From contig CAVTIE010000003.1 of assembly GCA_963734735.1 (NCBI GenBank), positions 42,650-106,649 on the forward strand: a DNA stretch of 64,000 bases. The letters run 5' to 3'. Both the position numbers and the translations under genes were made by a program. This document shows positions 8,469 through 18,436 of the stretch, piece by piece. This DNA comes from an uncultured Gammaproteobacteria bacterium. GTDB lineage: Bacteria; Pseudomonadota; Gammaproteobacteria; Steroidobacterales; Steroidobacteraceae. Position 1 is the stretch's first letter. Every line of letters begins with the position of its first letter. Below the pieces are notes generated by a model. The model was not told where the DNA came from. It searched no databases and worked only from the letters and a program-made list of their open reading frames with translations.

Positions 8469-10958
8469 TCAGTGCTCGCGAAGCACGCTGATCGGCGGGT
8501 GGTTGATCACGTTCCTCGCCGCGAAGGTCCCCGCGCCCCCGACGATCACCGCCCCCGCCGCGAGCCCGATGGCCCACACCCAGGGGTTGATCGTGTAGTC
8601 GAGCTCGAAGACTTCCCTCGCGAGCAGCCAGCCGGCAAGCGTCGCGCCGATCGCGGCGAGCACGCCGGACAGCATGCCGAGCGCCGTGAACTCGGAGGCG
8701 ACGCCGGCCAGCACGACGCGCCGCCGGGCGCCGAGCGTGCGCAGCATCGCGCTTTCATAGCGGCGCTCGTCGCGCGTCGACTGGATCGCCGCGAGGAGCA
8801 CGGTGATTCCGGCCGCCAGCGTGAACAGGAAGACGTACTGCACCGCGAGCGAGGCCCGGTCGATCACGTCGCGCACCTGCTGGAGGATCGCGTCGATGTC
8901 GAAGACCGACACCGAAGGGAAGCGCCTCACGAGGTCGACCAGCATCTTCCGCTGGTCCATGTCGAGGCGCATGCTCGTGAGCCAGGTGCCGGCCAGCCCG
9001 TCGAGCGTGCCGGGCGAGAACACGAGGAAGAAGTTCGGCCGGAAATTGTCCCACTGCACCTCGCGGAAGCTCGCGACCTCGGCCTCGATCGTCTCGCCGG
9101 CCACGTCGAAGCGGAGCTTGTCGCCGAGCTCGAGTCCCAGCTCCTCCTCGTATTCGGTCGCGACGGAGACCAGCGCCTTGCCGCGGTCCGCCTCGGTCCA
9201 CCAGCGTCCCGACACGATCCTGTTGTCCACCTGCGGCCGCTCGGCCCAGGACAGGTTCTGCTCGCGCTCGGCGAAGCCCTGGCCGCGGTCGGTCGCGGGC
9301 TTCATGTCGTCGGTGGACCGCCCGTTGATGGCGGTCAGGCGCGCGCGGATCATCGGGTAGAGCTGCGGCGCCGGCAGGCCGCGTCCCGCGACGAACTGCA
9401 CGAAATCATTCGTGTCCTGCTCCGGAATGTTGATCATGAAGAAATTCGGCGTGTCGGCGGGCAGGCTCGCGCGCCAGTCCTCGAGCAGGTCGTTTCGCAC
9501 CACGCCGAGCAGCAGGAGCACCATGAGCCCGAGGCCGAAGGCGACCACCTGGACGACGCTCTCGCGCCCGCGCCGCGCGAGGTTGGCGACGCCATAGCGC
9601 CAGGCGACGCCGACCGCACCGCGAAGCCGCCCCGCCAGGCGCACCAGCAGGAAACCGGCGCCGTAGAGCACCGCGAGCGTCGCCGCGATGCCCGCGGCCA
9701 CGATGCCGACGAGCTTCGCGTCCCGCACCAGCCAGAACATCACGCCGAGCAGCGCGGCCACCGCGAGCCCGTAGGAAATCGAATAGCGGAGCGGCGGCGG
9801 CTCGAGGTTGCGCCGCAACACGCGTGCCGGCGGCACCCGCTTCAGCTGCAACATCGGCGGCAGGGCGAATCCGACCAGGATCGCGAGCGCCGTCGCGCCG
9901 CCCAGGATCGCGGGGGCGAATGTCGGCGGCGGCAGGTCGGCGCGCACGAGGTCCCCGAGGAAGCGCGTCAGCAGCTCCTGCGCGAGGTAGCCGAGGCCGC
10001 AGCCGATGACCGCGGCGATCGCGGCGATGAGCGCGAGCTCGATGACCGTGACCTGGAGCACGAGCCGCTGCGGCGCACCCATGCACTTCATCAGCGCGAC
10101 ATTGTCGAGGTGGCGCTCGGTGTAGCGCCTCGCCGCCATCGCGACGGCGACGGCGGCCAGCAGCACGGTGATCATCGCGGACAGGTTCAGGAAGCGCCCG
10201 GCCCGGCGGGTCGAGGACTGGATTTGCGGGCTTTCCTCGGAAACGTCGACGAGCCGCTCGCCCGCCTTCTTGCGCTCGCGCAGCAGCGGCTTGAACTCCC
10301 GGATCGCCGCGGGCTGGCCCGCGAACAGGAGGGAATAGGTCGCGCGGCTTGCGGGACCGAGGAGCTCGGTCGCGTCGAGGTCCGCGAGCGGAATCAGGAG
10401 CGAGGGCGCGAGGTCGACGAAGGCCGAGCCCTGGTCCGGCCGGTAGTCCAGCACGCGCGTCACGGTGAACGCCTGGGCGCCGACGCTGACCTTGTCGCCG
10501 ATCGTGGCCCCGAGGCGGGCGAGCAGGCGCGAATCCAGCCAGATTTCGCCGCGCCCGGGCAGCGTGTCCGTCTCCCGCGAGGGCTCGAAGGGCGCGTCCG
10601 AGATCTTGAGCCGGCCTCGGAGCGGGTAGCCCGGGCCGGCCGCGCGCACGGCGGCGAGCGCCGAGTCGCCCCCGAAGAAGACGACGCTGGGGAACGAGAC
10701 GGTCCGGGCGGTGCGGATGCCGCGCTCCGCGGCGAGCTGCTCGTAGGTCTCCGCCAGCGGCTGGCCGGAACGCAGGCGCAGGTCGGCCGCGATCACTTCC
10801 GCCGCCCGCTGCTCGACCGCCTGCCCGATCCGGTCGGTGAAGAAGCCGACGCCGGTGAGCGCGGTGACCGCGACGAGGAGCGCCGCGAGGAGCACCGCCA
10901 GCTCGCCCGAGCGCCAGTCGCGCAGCAGGGCCAGCAGGGCGAACCGGAGCGCGCGCAT
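8469..10958 (-). CDS. ybbP: ABC transporter permease, FtsX family (YbbP-like, two FtsX modules)
   Basis: 829 aa, multiple TM segments, follows ybbA. Same tesA<>ybbA-ybbP arrangement as E. coli. Confidence 0.85.
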   Translation of the reverse strand: MRALRFALLALLRDWRSGELAVLLAALLVAVTALTGVGFFTDRIGQAVEQRAAEVIAADLRLRSGQPLAETYEQLAAERGIRTARTVSFPSVVFFGGDSALAAVRAAGPGYPLRGRLKISDAPFEPSRETDTLPGRGEIWLDSRLLARLGATIGDKVSVGAQAFTVTRVLDYRPDQGSAFVDLAPSLLIPLADLDATELLGPASRATYSLLFAGQPAAIREFKPLLRERKKAGERLVDVSEESPQIQSSTRRAGRFLNLSAMITVLLAAVAVAMAARRYTERHLDNVALMKCMGAPQRLVLQVTVIELALIAAIAAVIGCGLGYLAQELLTRFLGDLVRADLPPPTFAPAILGGATALAILVGFALPPMLQLKRVPPARVLRRNLEPPPLRYSISYGLAVAALLGVMFWLVRDAKLVGIVAAGIAATLAVLYGAGFLLVRLAGRLRGAVGVAWRYGVANLARRGRESVVQVVAFGLGLMVLLLLGVVRNDLLEDWRASLPADTPNFFMINIPEQDTNDFVQFVAGRGLPAPQLYPMIRARLTAINGRSTDDMKPATDRGQGFAEREQNLSWAERPQVDNRIVSGRWWTEADRGKALVSVATEYEEELGLELGDKLRFDVAGETIEAEVASFREVQWDNFRPNFFLVFSPGTLDGLAGTWLTSMRLDMDQRKMLVDLVRRFPSVSVFDIDAILQQVRDVIDRASLAVQYVFLFTLAAGITVLLAAIQSTRDERRYESAMLRTLGARRRVVLAGVASEFTALGMLSGVLAAIGATLAGWLLAREVFELDYTINPWVWAIGLAAGAVIVGGAGTFAARNVINHPPISVLREH

Positions 10959-11632
10959 CAGTGCACCAGTTTTCCGGCGTCCAGCTCGATCACGCGGCTG
11001 CAGCGGCGCGCGATTTCGCGGTCGTGCGTCACGAGCACGAGCGTCGTGCCGCTCGCCATGTTGAGGTCAAACAGCAGCTCGATGACGTGCGCGCCCGTCA
11101 CCGTGTCGAGGTTGCCGGTCGGCTCGTCGGCGAACAGCACGGAGGGCCGCGTCACGAAGGCGCGCGCGATCGCGACCCGTTGCTGCTCCCCGCCCGACAG
11201 CTGCTTCGGGTAGTGCCCGAGGCGCGGCTTGAGCCCCACCTGCTGCAGCACGGCGCGCGCGGCGGCGCGCGCATCCGAGCGGCCCGCCAGCTCGAGCGGG
11301 AGCATCACGTTCTCGAGCGCGGTCAGCGAGGGGATGAGATGGAAGGACTGGAACACGAAGCCGACGTGCTTCGCGCGCGCGGCGGCACGGCCATCCTCAT
11401 CCAGCGCGGACAGCTCGATGCCCTCGAGCCATACGCCGCCGGCACTCGGCTCGTCGAGCCCGGCGAGGAGCGCGAGCAGCGTCGACTTGCCGGCTCCCGA
11501 GGCTCCGACCACGGCCACCGTCTCGCCGGCCGCGACCGCGAGGCTGACGTCGTCCAGGATGGTCAGCATTCCCTCGGGACTGGTAACCTCCTTGCGCAAA
11601 CTTCGGGCTTCGAGAACGGTCTTCCTGTCCAT
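10958..11632 (-). CDS. ybbA: ABC transporter ATP-binding protein (YbbA/LolD-like)
   Basis: Walker A GASGAGKST, signature LSGGEQQRVAIARA, Walker B LFADEPTGNLD. Confidence 0.9.
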   Translation of the reverse strand: MDRKTVLEARSLRKEVTSPEGMLTILDDVSLAVAAGETVAVVGASGAGKSTLLALLAGLDEPSAGGVWLEGIELSALDEDGRAAARAKHVGFVFQSFHLIPSLTALENVMLPLELAGRSDARAAARAVLQQVGLKPRLGHYPKQLSGGEQQRVAIARAFVTRPSVLFADEPTGNLDTVTGAHVIELLFDLNMASGTTLVLVTHDREIARRCSRVIELDAGKLVH

Positions 11633-12242
11633 GCGCCTCGTTCAGGTCCTCGTGTTATGCCTCATCGCGGCGGCTGCGCGTGCCGCCGGGCCACCGGTGA
11701 TCCTGGTGGTCGGGGATTCGCTGTCCGCCGGCTACGGGCTCGCGCCCGGACAGGGCTGGGTCGCGCTCCTGCAGCAGCGATTGAAGAAACAAGGTTACGG
11801 TCACCGTGTCGTCAATGCCAGCGTCAGCGGCGAGACGACGGATGGCGGCGTCGCGCGGCTCGACCGGGCGCTCGCGACCCACAGGCCCGGCATCGTGATC
11901 ATCGAGCTCGGCGGCAACGACGGCCTGCGCGGCCTGCCCGTCTCGCGCGTGCAGGCGAACCTCGGGCTCCTCATCACGAAGAGCCGCGCCGCGGGCGCCG
12001 AAGTGCTCCTGCTCGCGATCCGCGTGCCGACGAACTACGGGCCGCAATACACCACGGCGTTCCAGCAGATCTACCAGGACCTCGCCGTGAAATATCGCAT
12101 CGGCGTCGCCGCGCTGGTGGACCAGGAGATCGCGCTCGACCTCGCGTACTTCCAGCCGGACGGCATCCACCCGAATGCGAAGGCGCAGCCGCTCCTCCTC
12201 GACAACGTGTGGATCCAGCTCTCGCCGCTCTTGCGCCCCTAG
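11631..12242 (+). CDS. tesA: GDSL arylesterase / acyl-CoA thioesterase I
   Basis: Signal peptide, then VVGDSLSAGYG, GGNDGLRG and DGIHPN blocks. The start codon overlaps the ybbA start on the opposite strand. Confidence 0.85.
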   Translation: MRLVQVLVLCLIAAAARAAGPPVILVVGDSLSAGYGLAPGQGWVALLQQRLKKQGYGHRVVNASVSGETTDGGVARLDRALATHRPGIVIIELGGNDGLRGLPVSRVQANLGLLITKSRAAGAEVLLLAIRVPTNYGPQYTTAFQQIYQDLAVKYRIGVAALVDQEIALDLAYFQPDGIHPNAKAQPLLLDNVWIQLSPLLRP

Positions 12243-12308
12243 TCAAAGGCGCGTCAAATCCCGACGATTGCCGGTCGGCCCGACCCGGCGCCATTGTGCA
12301 ATGCAGCA

Positions 12309-14010
12309 ATGAATGACTCGCACCCGGCCGTGGAGAAGATCTGGCTCCGCGACTATCCGCCCGACGTGCCGGCGGAAATCGACCCGGACTCGATCCGCTC
12401 GCTGAAGCAGCTGTTCGAAGACGCCTGCCGCGGCCATGCGGGCTCGACCGCATTCGCAAACATGGGGCGCTCGCTCACCTACGCGGACGTGGAGAAGCAG
12501 TCGCGCCAGTTCGGCGCCTGGCTGCAGAAGGAGGCGGGCCTCGGCAAGGGCGATCGCGTCGCCCTGATGATGCCGAACATCCTGCAATACCCGATCGCGA
12601 TCATCGGGGCGCATCGCGCCGGCTGCACGGTCGTCAACGTCAACCCGCTCTACACGGCGCGCGAGCTCGAGCACCAGCTCAAGGACTCCGGCGCGACCGT
12701 CATCGTGATATTCGAGAACGCCGGCGCGACCCTGCAGCAGGTACTCGCGCGCACGCCGGTCAGGCGCGTCGTCCTGACCGGTATCGGAGACCTGCTTGGC
12801 TTCCCGAAGGGGCCCATCACGAATTTCGTGATCCGGCGCGTCAAGAAGATGGTGCCGGCCTATTCGCTGCCGGGCGCGGTCCGGTTCAACGAAGTGCTGG
12901 CCCGCGGCGCGGCGCTGGAGCTCGACCCGGTCGACGTGGACGGCGAGGACATCGCCTTCCTGCAATACACGGGCGGCACGACCGGTGTCTCGAAAGGCGC
13001 GATCCTTACGCACCGGAACATGATCGCGAACACGCTCCAGGTCGTCGCCTTCATGCCGGAGCTGGGCGAGTTCCGGAATCCCGTCGTCATCACCGCGCTG
13101 CCGCTCTACCACATCTTCGCGCTCACGACGAACCTGCTCGTGTTCATGAAGGTCGGCGGGAACAACGTGCTGATCACGAATCCGCGCGACATGGCGGGGT
13201 TCGTGAAGGAACTCGGGAGTGTCCGCTTCACCTTCATCACCGGCGTCAACACGCTCTTCAACGGGCTGCTCAACACGCCGGGTTTTGACCAGCTCGACTT
13301 CAGTTCGCTGAAGGTCGCCCTCGGCGGCGGCATGGCCGTGCAGGCCGCCGTTTCCGAGCGATGGCGCGCGGTCACCGGGCGCCACATCTGCCAGGGCTGG
13401 GGCCTCACCGAGTCCTCGCCCGTCGGCACGGCGAACCTGCCGCGCGATGTCGAATTCACCGGCTCGATCGGCTACCCCATACCTTCAACCGAGATTTCCA
13501 TCCGCGACGACGACGGGCATGCGCTGCCGGTCGGTTCGGTCGGCGAGATCTGCCTCCGCGGACCGCAGGTCATGCGCGGCTACTGGAACCGCCCCGAGGA
13601 AACCGACAAGGTCATGCTGCCCGGCGGATGGCTCAGGACCGGCGACATTGGCCGCATGGACGATCGCGGGCGCACCTTCATCGAGGATCGCAAGAAGGAC
13701 ATGATCCTGGTGTCGGGTTTCAACGTGTATCCCGAACGAAGTCGAGGGCGTCGTCGCGCAGATGCCCGGCGTGCTGGAGGTTGCCGCCGTCGCGCAGCCG
13801 GACGACAGGTCCGGCGAGGTCGTCGCGCTCTTCGTGGTGCGGAAGGACCCGGCGCTGACCGCGGAGCAGGTCACGGAATTCTGCAAGCGCGAGCTGACCG
13901 CCTACAAGGTCCCGAAGTTCATCTATTTCCGCGACGACCTGCCGAAGACCAATGTCGGCAAGATCCTGCGCCGAACGCTGCGCGACGAGCTCAACAAAGG
14001 GGGCAGCTGA
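12309..14010 (+). CDS. fadD: Long-chain-fatty-acid--CoA ligase; 1-nt insertion in the CCC run at 13731-13733 as assembled
   Basis: AMP-binding motif [18 protein letters not shown] then, in the next frame, [19 protein letters not shown]...[24 protein letters not shown]. Confidence 0.85.
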
Positions 14011-14096
14011 AGGGGACGGTCCCCTTTAGCGAAAGCACCGTTACGGCCGCGGGGCAATCGAGCTAAAGGGGACCGTCCCCTTCAGCTGCCCCCTTT
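13997..14096. repeat. REP-like palindromic element (35/35-bp perfect inverted arms, 30-nt spacer)
   Basis: aaagggggcagctgaaggggacggtcccctttagc at 13997-14031 is the exact reverse complement of 14062-14096. Confidence 0.9.
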
Positions 14097-14101
14097 CGGG
14101 C

Positions 14102-14482
14102 TCACCACTTCCAGATGCGCGGATACTCTTCGAAGAGGCGCGGCAGCCCGGCACGAGGGACGACCGTGAGCGATTCGAGGAGCGGCGCGTCGCGCAGCCC
14201 GCGCTCCTCGAGGTCCTCCTCGACCGCGTGGAGCGGCACGCCCTTGGCCGCCAGCGCCGCGACGTCGGCGCTGAGGTCCGCGGCGTGGCTCTGCGTCCAG
14301 CCGCCGAGGACGAGCGCGGGGGCGCGCTGTTCCTTCAACGCGTAGCAGACGGCATTGCCGGTCAGCAGCAGGCCGAACTCCCCGCCCGCGCCCTTCATCG
14401 CGTGCGTGAGCCACACGATCGTGTCGTCCTGTTCTTCCACCGTCGCGCGGTAGGCCGTCTCGAGAACTTGCAGTGTCTTCAC
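14102..14482 (-). CDS. DsrE/DsrF/DsrH-like sulfur-relay family protein (third of three)
   Basis: 126-aa ORF, last gene of a tight three-gene set. Small alpha/beta protein resembling the DsrE superfamily. Not canonical TusB in length. Confidence 0.5.
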   Translation of the reverse strand: MKTLQVLETAYRATVEEQDDTIVWLTHAMKGAGGEFGLLLTGNAVCYALKEQRAPALVLGGWTQSHAADLSADVAALAAKGVPLHAVEEDLEERGLRDAPLLESLTVVPRAGLPRLFEEYPRIWKW

Positions 14483-14492
14483 CTTCGCTCCT

Positions 14493-14900
14493 TCAGCGTG
14501 TGCCGATCGTCAGCGTGTTGCCGGACTCGACCGACATCTTCCAGAGGTCCGCGGGCGTGCCGCGCCGGATGCCTTCGATCGCCTCGCCCATGCCGCGCTC
14601 GTCCACGCAGAGCCCGCAGTTGACCCAGTCCAGCTTCCTGCCGTTCTTCCTGGCGAGGCCCAGGAGCTCCTCGATCCAGATGCGCGGCAGCGGATGATTC
14701 TCGGCCGCCGCGTCGCGGCCATGAACCGCGTTTGCGTGCGCCGCCTGGCGCGCGAACGAAAGGCCGACCGCACCCTCGTAGGCGAACACGTTGACGTCGT
14801 GTCCCCCGTTGAGGGCCGCCTCGATCAGCCGGAACACCGTCACCGTCCGGGAGTTCTCGAACGGCGCGTCCATGATTGCGAAGGTCAATGCGGCTTTCAT
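14493..14900 (-). CDS. DsrE-like sulfur-relay family protein
   Basis: MKAALTFAIMDAPFEN..., conserved Cys context WVNCGLCVDERG similar to the DsrE/TusD active-site region. Confidence 0.6.
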   Translation of the reverse strand: MKAALTFAIMDAPFENSRTVTVFRLIEAALNGGHDVNVFAYEGAVGLSFARQAAHANAVHGRDAAAENHPLPRIWIEELLGLARKNGRKLDWVNCGLCVDERGMGEAIEGIRRGTPADLWKMSVESGNTLTIGTR

Positions 14901-14913
14901 TCGATTCTCCGGT

Positions 14914-15240
14914 TCAGAGGAACATCACTTTCCAGGATTCGGCTAGCCGGCTCACGACGAGGCCGATCGAGGCCCTTCGCACGCCGCGCGCAATCCCGGA
15001 ATCGCCGATGCCGCGCTCGCGCAGCGAGAAATCGTCCGCCAGCACTTCGACGCCCGCCGCGAGCGCTTCATGCAGCGCGTCGCCGTCGGCGCCCGACCGG
15101 CAGGGCAGCACGCCGTTCTGCACGAGGTAGAGCGCGACGGCGGCGCCTGCGCGGCGAAGGCCCACCGCGAGCTCGACGTGGCCGGTCACCGACTGGGTGG
15201 AAAACGGGTCCCTGGACTCGATCAGCAGATACCCTGGCAT
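14914..15240 (-). CDS. DsrE/DsrF-like sulfur-relay family protein (first of three)
   Basis: 108-aa ORF, YLLIESRDPF...LYLVQNGVL...VEVLADDFSLRERGI pattern typical of DsrF/TusC-like proteins. Confidence 0.5.
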   Translation of the reverse strand: MPGYLLIESRDPFSTQSVTGHVELAVGLRRAGAAVALYLVQNGVLPCRSGADGDALHEALAAGVEVLADDFSLRERGIGDSGIARGVRRASIGLVVSRLAESWKVMFL

Positions 15241-15401
15241 CGTGAGCTCCCGGCGGCCTGGCCGCCCCGATCGGCCACCTTGGCCTCACGGGCATCCTCG
15301 CCGGGGAAAGGGCCGGCAATCCCGACCAAAAGCTGAAAAAAAGCTGAATTAAGGCCGGCCGGATCCCCCGCCCCCCACCCCTGTGGCAGACTTGCCGCCC
15401 C

Positions 15402-16610
15402 ATGAGCGCGAGGCTCCTGATCGGCGAATTCGAGATCGAGCCGGCCACCCGCAGGCTCCGCCGCCGTGACGGTTCGCCCATTCACCTGCCCAACCGGCCA
15501 TTCCAGGTGCTGCTGCACCTCGTCGCGAACCGCGACCGGCTGGTTACCCGTCCCGAGCTTCTCGAGCGGTTCTGGGATGGACGCGACGTCTACGAGGACG
15601 CGCTGACGCGCTGCCTGAGTTCCGTGCGCAAGGCGCTGGACGACCAGGACGGCAGGCCACGCTACATCGAGACGCGCTGGGCGGAGGGCTACCGGTTCAT
15701 CGGACCCTGCCGCGAGTCTCGCCCGACGCAGCCTGCGCCACGCGATTCAACCCCGGTCGCCGAGCGGCTGGTGCAGCGCGGCAACGCCCACCTGTGCCGG
15801 TCCGGACATCGCAGCCACCGTTACGCGCTCGAGATGTTCCGCCAGGCCAGCGCGATCAACCCGGAAGATGCCCGAGCGCACGGCGGTCTCGCCGCCAGCC
15901 ACGCCTTGCTTTACCTGCACGCCGAACCGGTGGAAAGCCATCGCGCGGCGGCGATCGCCTGCGCGAACACGGCCATGGATATCGATGTGCATTGCCCCGA
16001 GGTGCAGCTCGGCCGGGCGCTGGTGGCCCTCATGCGCGCGGACCACGCCCAGGCGAACGAGGCATTCAAGCTGGCCGAGTCACTGGATCCCGGGATGTTC
16101 CACACCTGGTACTACCATGGCCGCGGCCGCGCGGAACGCGATGACCATGATGGTGCGCTGGCGAGTTACCTGTCCGCGTCCGAAGCGAACCCCGACGACT
16201 ACCAGGTGCATGCGCTTGCGGAACAGTCGTTCCGGCGCCTGGGCCTGCATGCCGACGCTCGCCGCGCGGCGCGCTCCTGCGCCGGAGCTGCGGATCGTGC
16301 GCTGCAGCGCTACCCGGATGACGCCCGCGCGCTTTCGCTCGGTGCCTGCGTGCTTCCGTTGATCCGGCGTAAGGCCGAGGCACGCGCCTGGACTGAGCGC
16401 GCGGTCGCGCTCGAGCCGGACGAGCCCTTCGTCAATTTCAACGCGGCCTGCGTCTACATTTCGCTGCGCGACTACGATCGCGCGCTGCATTTCATCAGGC
16501 GTGTTCCGTTGACCGCGAAGGGCAACTACAACTGGCTGGCGCACGATCCCTGCCTGGACCCGGTTCGCAGCCACCCGAAATTCGCATCGCTGCTGCCGCT
16601 GCCGGCCTGA
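15402..16610 (+). CDS. Orphan winged-helix (OmpR/CadC-type) DNA-binding protein with C-terminal TPR repeats
   Basis: N-terminus LLIGEFEIEPATRRL...IHLPNRPFQVLLHLVANRDRLVTRPELLERFW...IETRWAEGYRF, no receiver domain. TPR-like repeats follow. Confidence 0.75.
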   Translation: MSARLLIGEFEIEPATRRLRRRDGSPIHLPNRPFQVLLHLVANRDRLVTRPELLERFWDGRDVYEDALTRCLSSVRKALDDQDGRPRYIETRWAEGYRFIGPCRESRPTQPAPRDSTPVAERLVQRGNAHLCRSGHRSHRYALEMFRQASAINPEDARAHGGLAASHALLYLHAEPVESHRAAAIACANTAMDIDVHCPEVQLGRALVALMRADHAQANEAFKLAESLDPGMFHTWYYHGRGRAERDDHDGALASYLSASEANPDDYQVHALAEQSFRRLGLHADARRAARSCAGAADRALQRYPDDARALSLGACVLPLIRRKAEARAWTERAVALEPDEPFVNFNAACVYISLRDYDRALHFIRRVPLTAKGNYNWLAHDPCLDPVRSHPKFASLLPLPA

Positions 16611-16633
16611 CTTCCGGGCGGGCTGCCGGTGGC

Positions 16634-17698
16634 CTACCGGTGGTAGGCCGGCGAAAGCTCCTGCACCGCCGCGATCATCGCGGCGACGTTTTCCGGCTCG
16701 ACGCCCGGCGTAATGCCATGGCCCAGGTTGAAGACGTGCCCGGGGCCACGCCCGTAGCTTTCGAGCACGCGGGCGACTTCGGCTCGGATCGCGGCCGGCG
16801 GTGAAAACAGCACGCCGGGATCCATGTTGCCCTGGAGGGCGACACGATCGGAGACGGCGCGGCGCGCGCCCGCGAGTTCCGTCGTCCAGTCGACGCCCAG
16901 CGCGTCGACGCCCGTCATCGCCATGCGCTCGAGCCAGGGGCCGCCTCCCTTGGTAAACAGGATCACCGGGACCCGCCGGCCTTCTCGCTCGTGGATGAGG
17001 TCCGCGGCGATCCCCTCCATGTAGGCGAGCGAGAACTCGAGGTAGGCGGGCGTCGACAGCGCGCCGCCCCAGGTGTCGAAGATCATCACGGCCTGGGCAC
17101 CCGCTGCGATCTGCGCATTCAGGTAGTCCGTCGTCGCCCGGGCGAGCTTCGCGAGCAGCCGATGCAGCGCATCCGGGGCGCCGTAGGCCAGTGCCTTGGA
17201 ATGCGGGAAGTTGCGGCTGCCGCCGCCCTCGACCATGTAAGTCGCGACCGTCCAGGGAGAGCCGGCGAAGCCGATGAGGGGCACGCGGCCGGCGAGCTCG
17301 CGCCGCACGAGCGCCACGGTGTCCATGACGAAGCGCAGCTCCCGGGCCGGATCCGGCACGGGCAGCGCGTCGATGTCGGCCAGGCTGCGGACCGGCCGCT
17401 CGATGCGCGGGCCCTCGCCCTCGTCGAAGGCGAGCCCGACGCCCATGGCCTTCGGGATCATCAGGATGTCGGAAAACAGGATCGCCGCATCGAGCGGAAA
17501 CCGCGCGAGCGGCTGCAACGTCACTTCGCAGGCGAGCTCGGGATTCGTCGCGAGGCCGAGGAAGCTGCCGGCCTTCGCCCGCGTGGCGCGATACTCGGGC
17601 AGGTATCGGCCGGCCTGCCGCATGATCCAGGCCGGCGTGCGGTCGACCGGTTGCCGCGCGAGCGCGCGCAGGAAGCGGTCGTTCGCGAGCGCGGTCAT
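16634..17698 (-). CDS. hemE: Uroporphyrinogen decarboxylase
   Basis: NDRFLRAL...[21 protein letters not shown], full length 354 aa. Confidence 0.95.
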   Translation of the reverse strand: MTALANDRFLRALARQPVDRTPAWIMRQAGRYLPEYRATRAKAGSFLGLATNPELACEVTLQPLARFPLDAAILFSDILMIPKAMGVGLAFDEGEGPRIERPVRSLADIDALPVPDPARELRFVMDTVALVRRELAGRVPLIGFAGSPWTVATYMVEGGGSRNFPHSKALAYGAPDALHRLLAKLARATTDYLNAQIAAGAQAVMIFDTWGGALSTPAYLEFSLAYMEGIAADLIHEREGRRVPVILFTKGGGPWLERMAMTGVDALGVDWTTELAGARRAVSDRVALQGNMDPGVLFSPPAAIRAEVARVLESYGRGPGHVFNLGHGITPGVEPENVAAMIAAVQELSPAYHR

Positions 17699-18435
17699 CG
17701 GCCCGGAAACTGGGCGGCGATCGTCGCCTGGATCGCCTCAGCCGCCGCGCGCGGGTCTGCCGCGTCGCGGATCGGCCGCCCGACGACGATGTAGTCGGCG
17801 CCGTTCTCGAATGCCTGCGCGACGTTCACGACGCGTTTCTGGTCGTCCGTGGGGCGGTTCTCGACCGGCCGGATGCCGGGCGTCACGACGATCAGGCGGT
17901 CCTCGACTCCCGAGCGCAGCAGCTTCGCCTCGAGGCCGGAGGACACGACGCCCACGCAGCCGGCCGCGAGCGCGCGCCGCGCGCGCGACAGCACGAGTTG
18001 TTCGACGTCGCACTGGAACCCGAGGTCGTCGAGGTCGCCGCGGTCCAGGCTCGTGAGCACGGTGACGGCGAGGATGCCGACGCCGTCCGCGGCCTCGACC
18101 GCAGCTTCCATGATCGCCTGGTTGCCGTGCACCGTGGCGAAGGTGACGCCGCGGTTCCGGAGGCATCGCACGGCGCCCGCGACCGTCGCCGGCACGTCGA
18201 AGAGCTTGAGGTCGAGGAACACGCGCTTGCCGCGGCCGACCATCCAGTCGAGCAGTTCGAAGGCGCCGCCGGACATGAAGAGCTCGAGGCCGAGCTTGTA
18301 GAAGCCGACGGAGTCGCCGAGCCTGTCCGCGAGCCGGCGCGCGTCGTCCGCGCTCGGCACGTCCATCGCGAAAATCAGGCGCTCGCGGGCGGGTATCGAG
18401 GCTCTTGCCAAGCGGGTCTCCCTTGCGGCGTTCAT
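17695..18435 (-). CDS. pyrF: Orotidine 5'-phosphate decarboxylase
   Basis: LIFAMDV...FYKLGLELF...[14 protein letters not shown]. Start set at Met11 because the first 10 ORF codons lie in a REP element. Confidence 0.9.
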   Translation of the reverse strand: MNAARETRLARASIPARERLIFAMDVPSADDARRLADRLGDSVGFYKLGLELFMSGGAFELLDWMVGRGKRVFLDLKLFDVPATVAGAVRCLRNRGVTFATVHGNQAIMEAAVEAADGVGILAVTVLTSLDRGDLDDLGFQCDVEQLVLSRARRALAAGCVGVVSSGLEAKLLRSGVEDRLIVVTPGIRPVENRPTDDQKRVVNVAQAFENGADYIVVGRPIRDAADPRAAAEAIQATIAAQFPGR

Positions 18436-18436
18436 G

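Noticed and set aside
8397-11213. 938-codon plus-strand ORF antisense to ybbP/ybbA. Similar giant antisense ORFs occur at 27269-29326, 50330-52333, 54361-56235 and 61381-63447.
   Set aside because: Each lies opposite a gene with unmistakable family motifs (FtsX permease, PBP1A, RecG, prolyl oligopeptidase, TamA). All have R/E/D/A/G-dominated sequences with no motifs. Long stop-free antisense frames are expected at this GC content.
14102-15240. Calling the three small genes tusB/tusC/tusD
   Set aside because: Lengths (126/135/108 aa) and order do not match TusB (about 95), TusC (about 119) and TusD (about 128). The middle protein has an atypical insertion. Only superfamily membership is supportable without a search.
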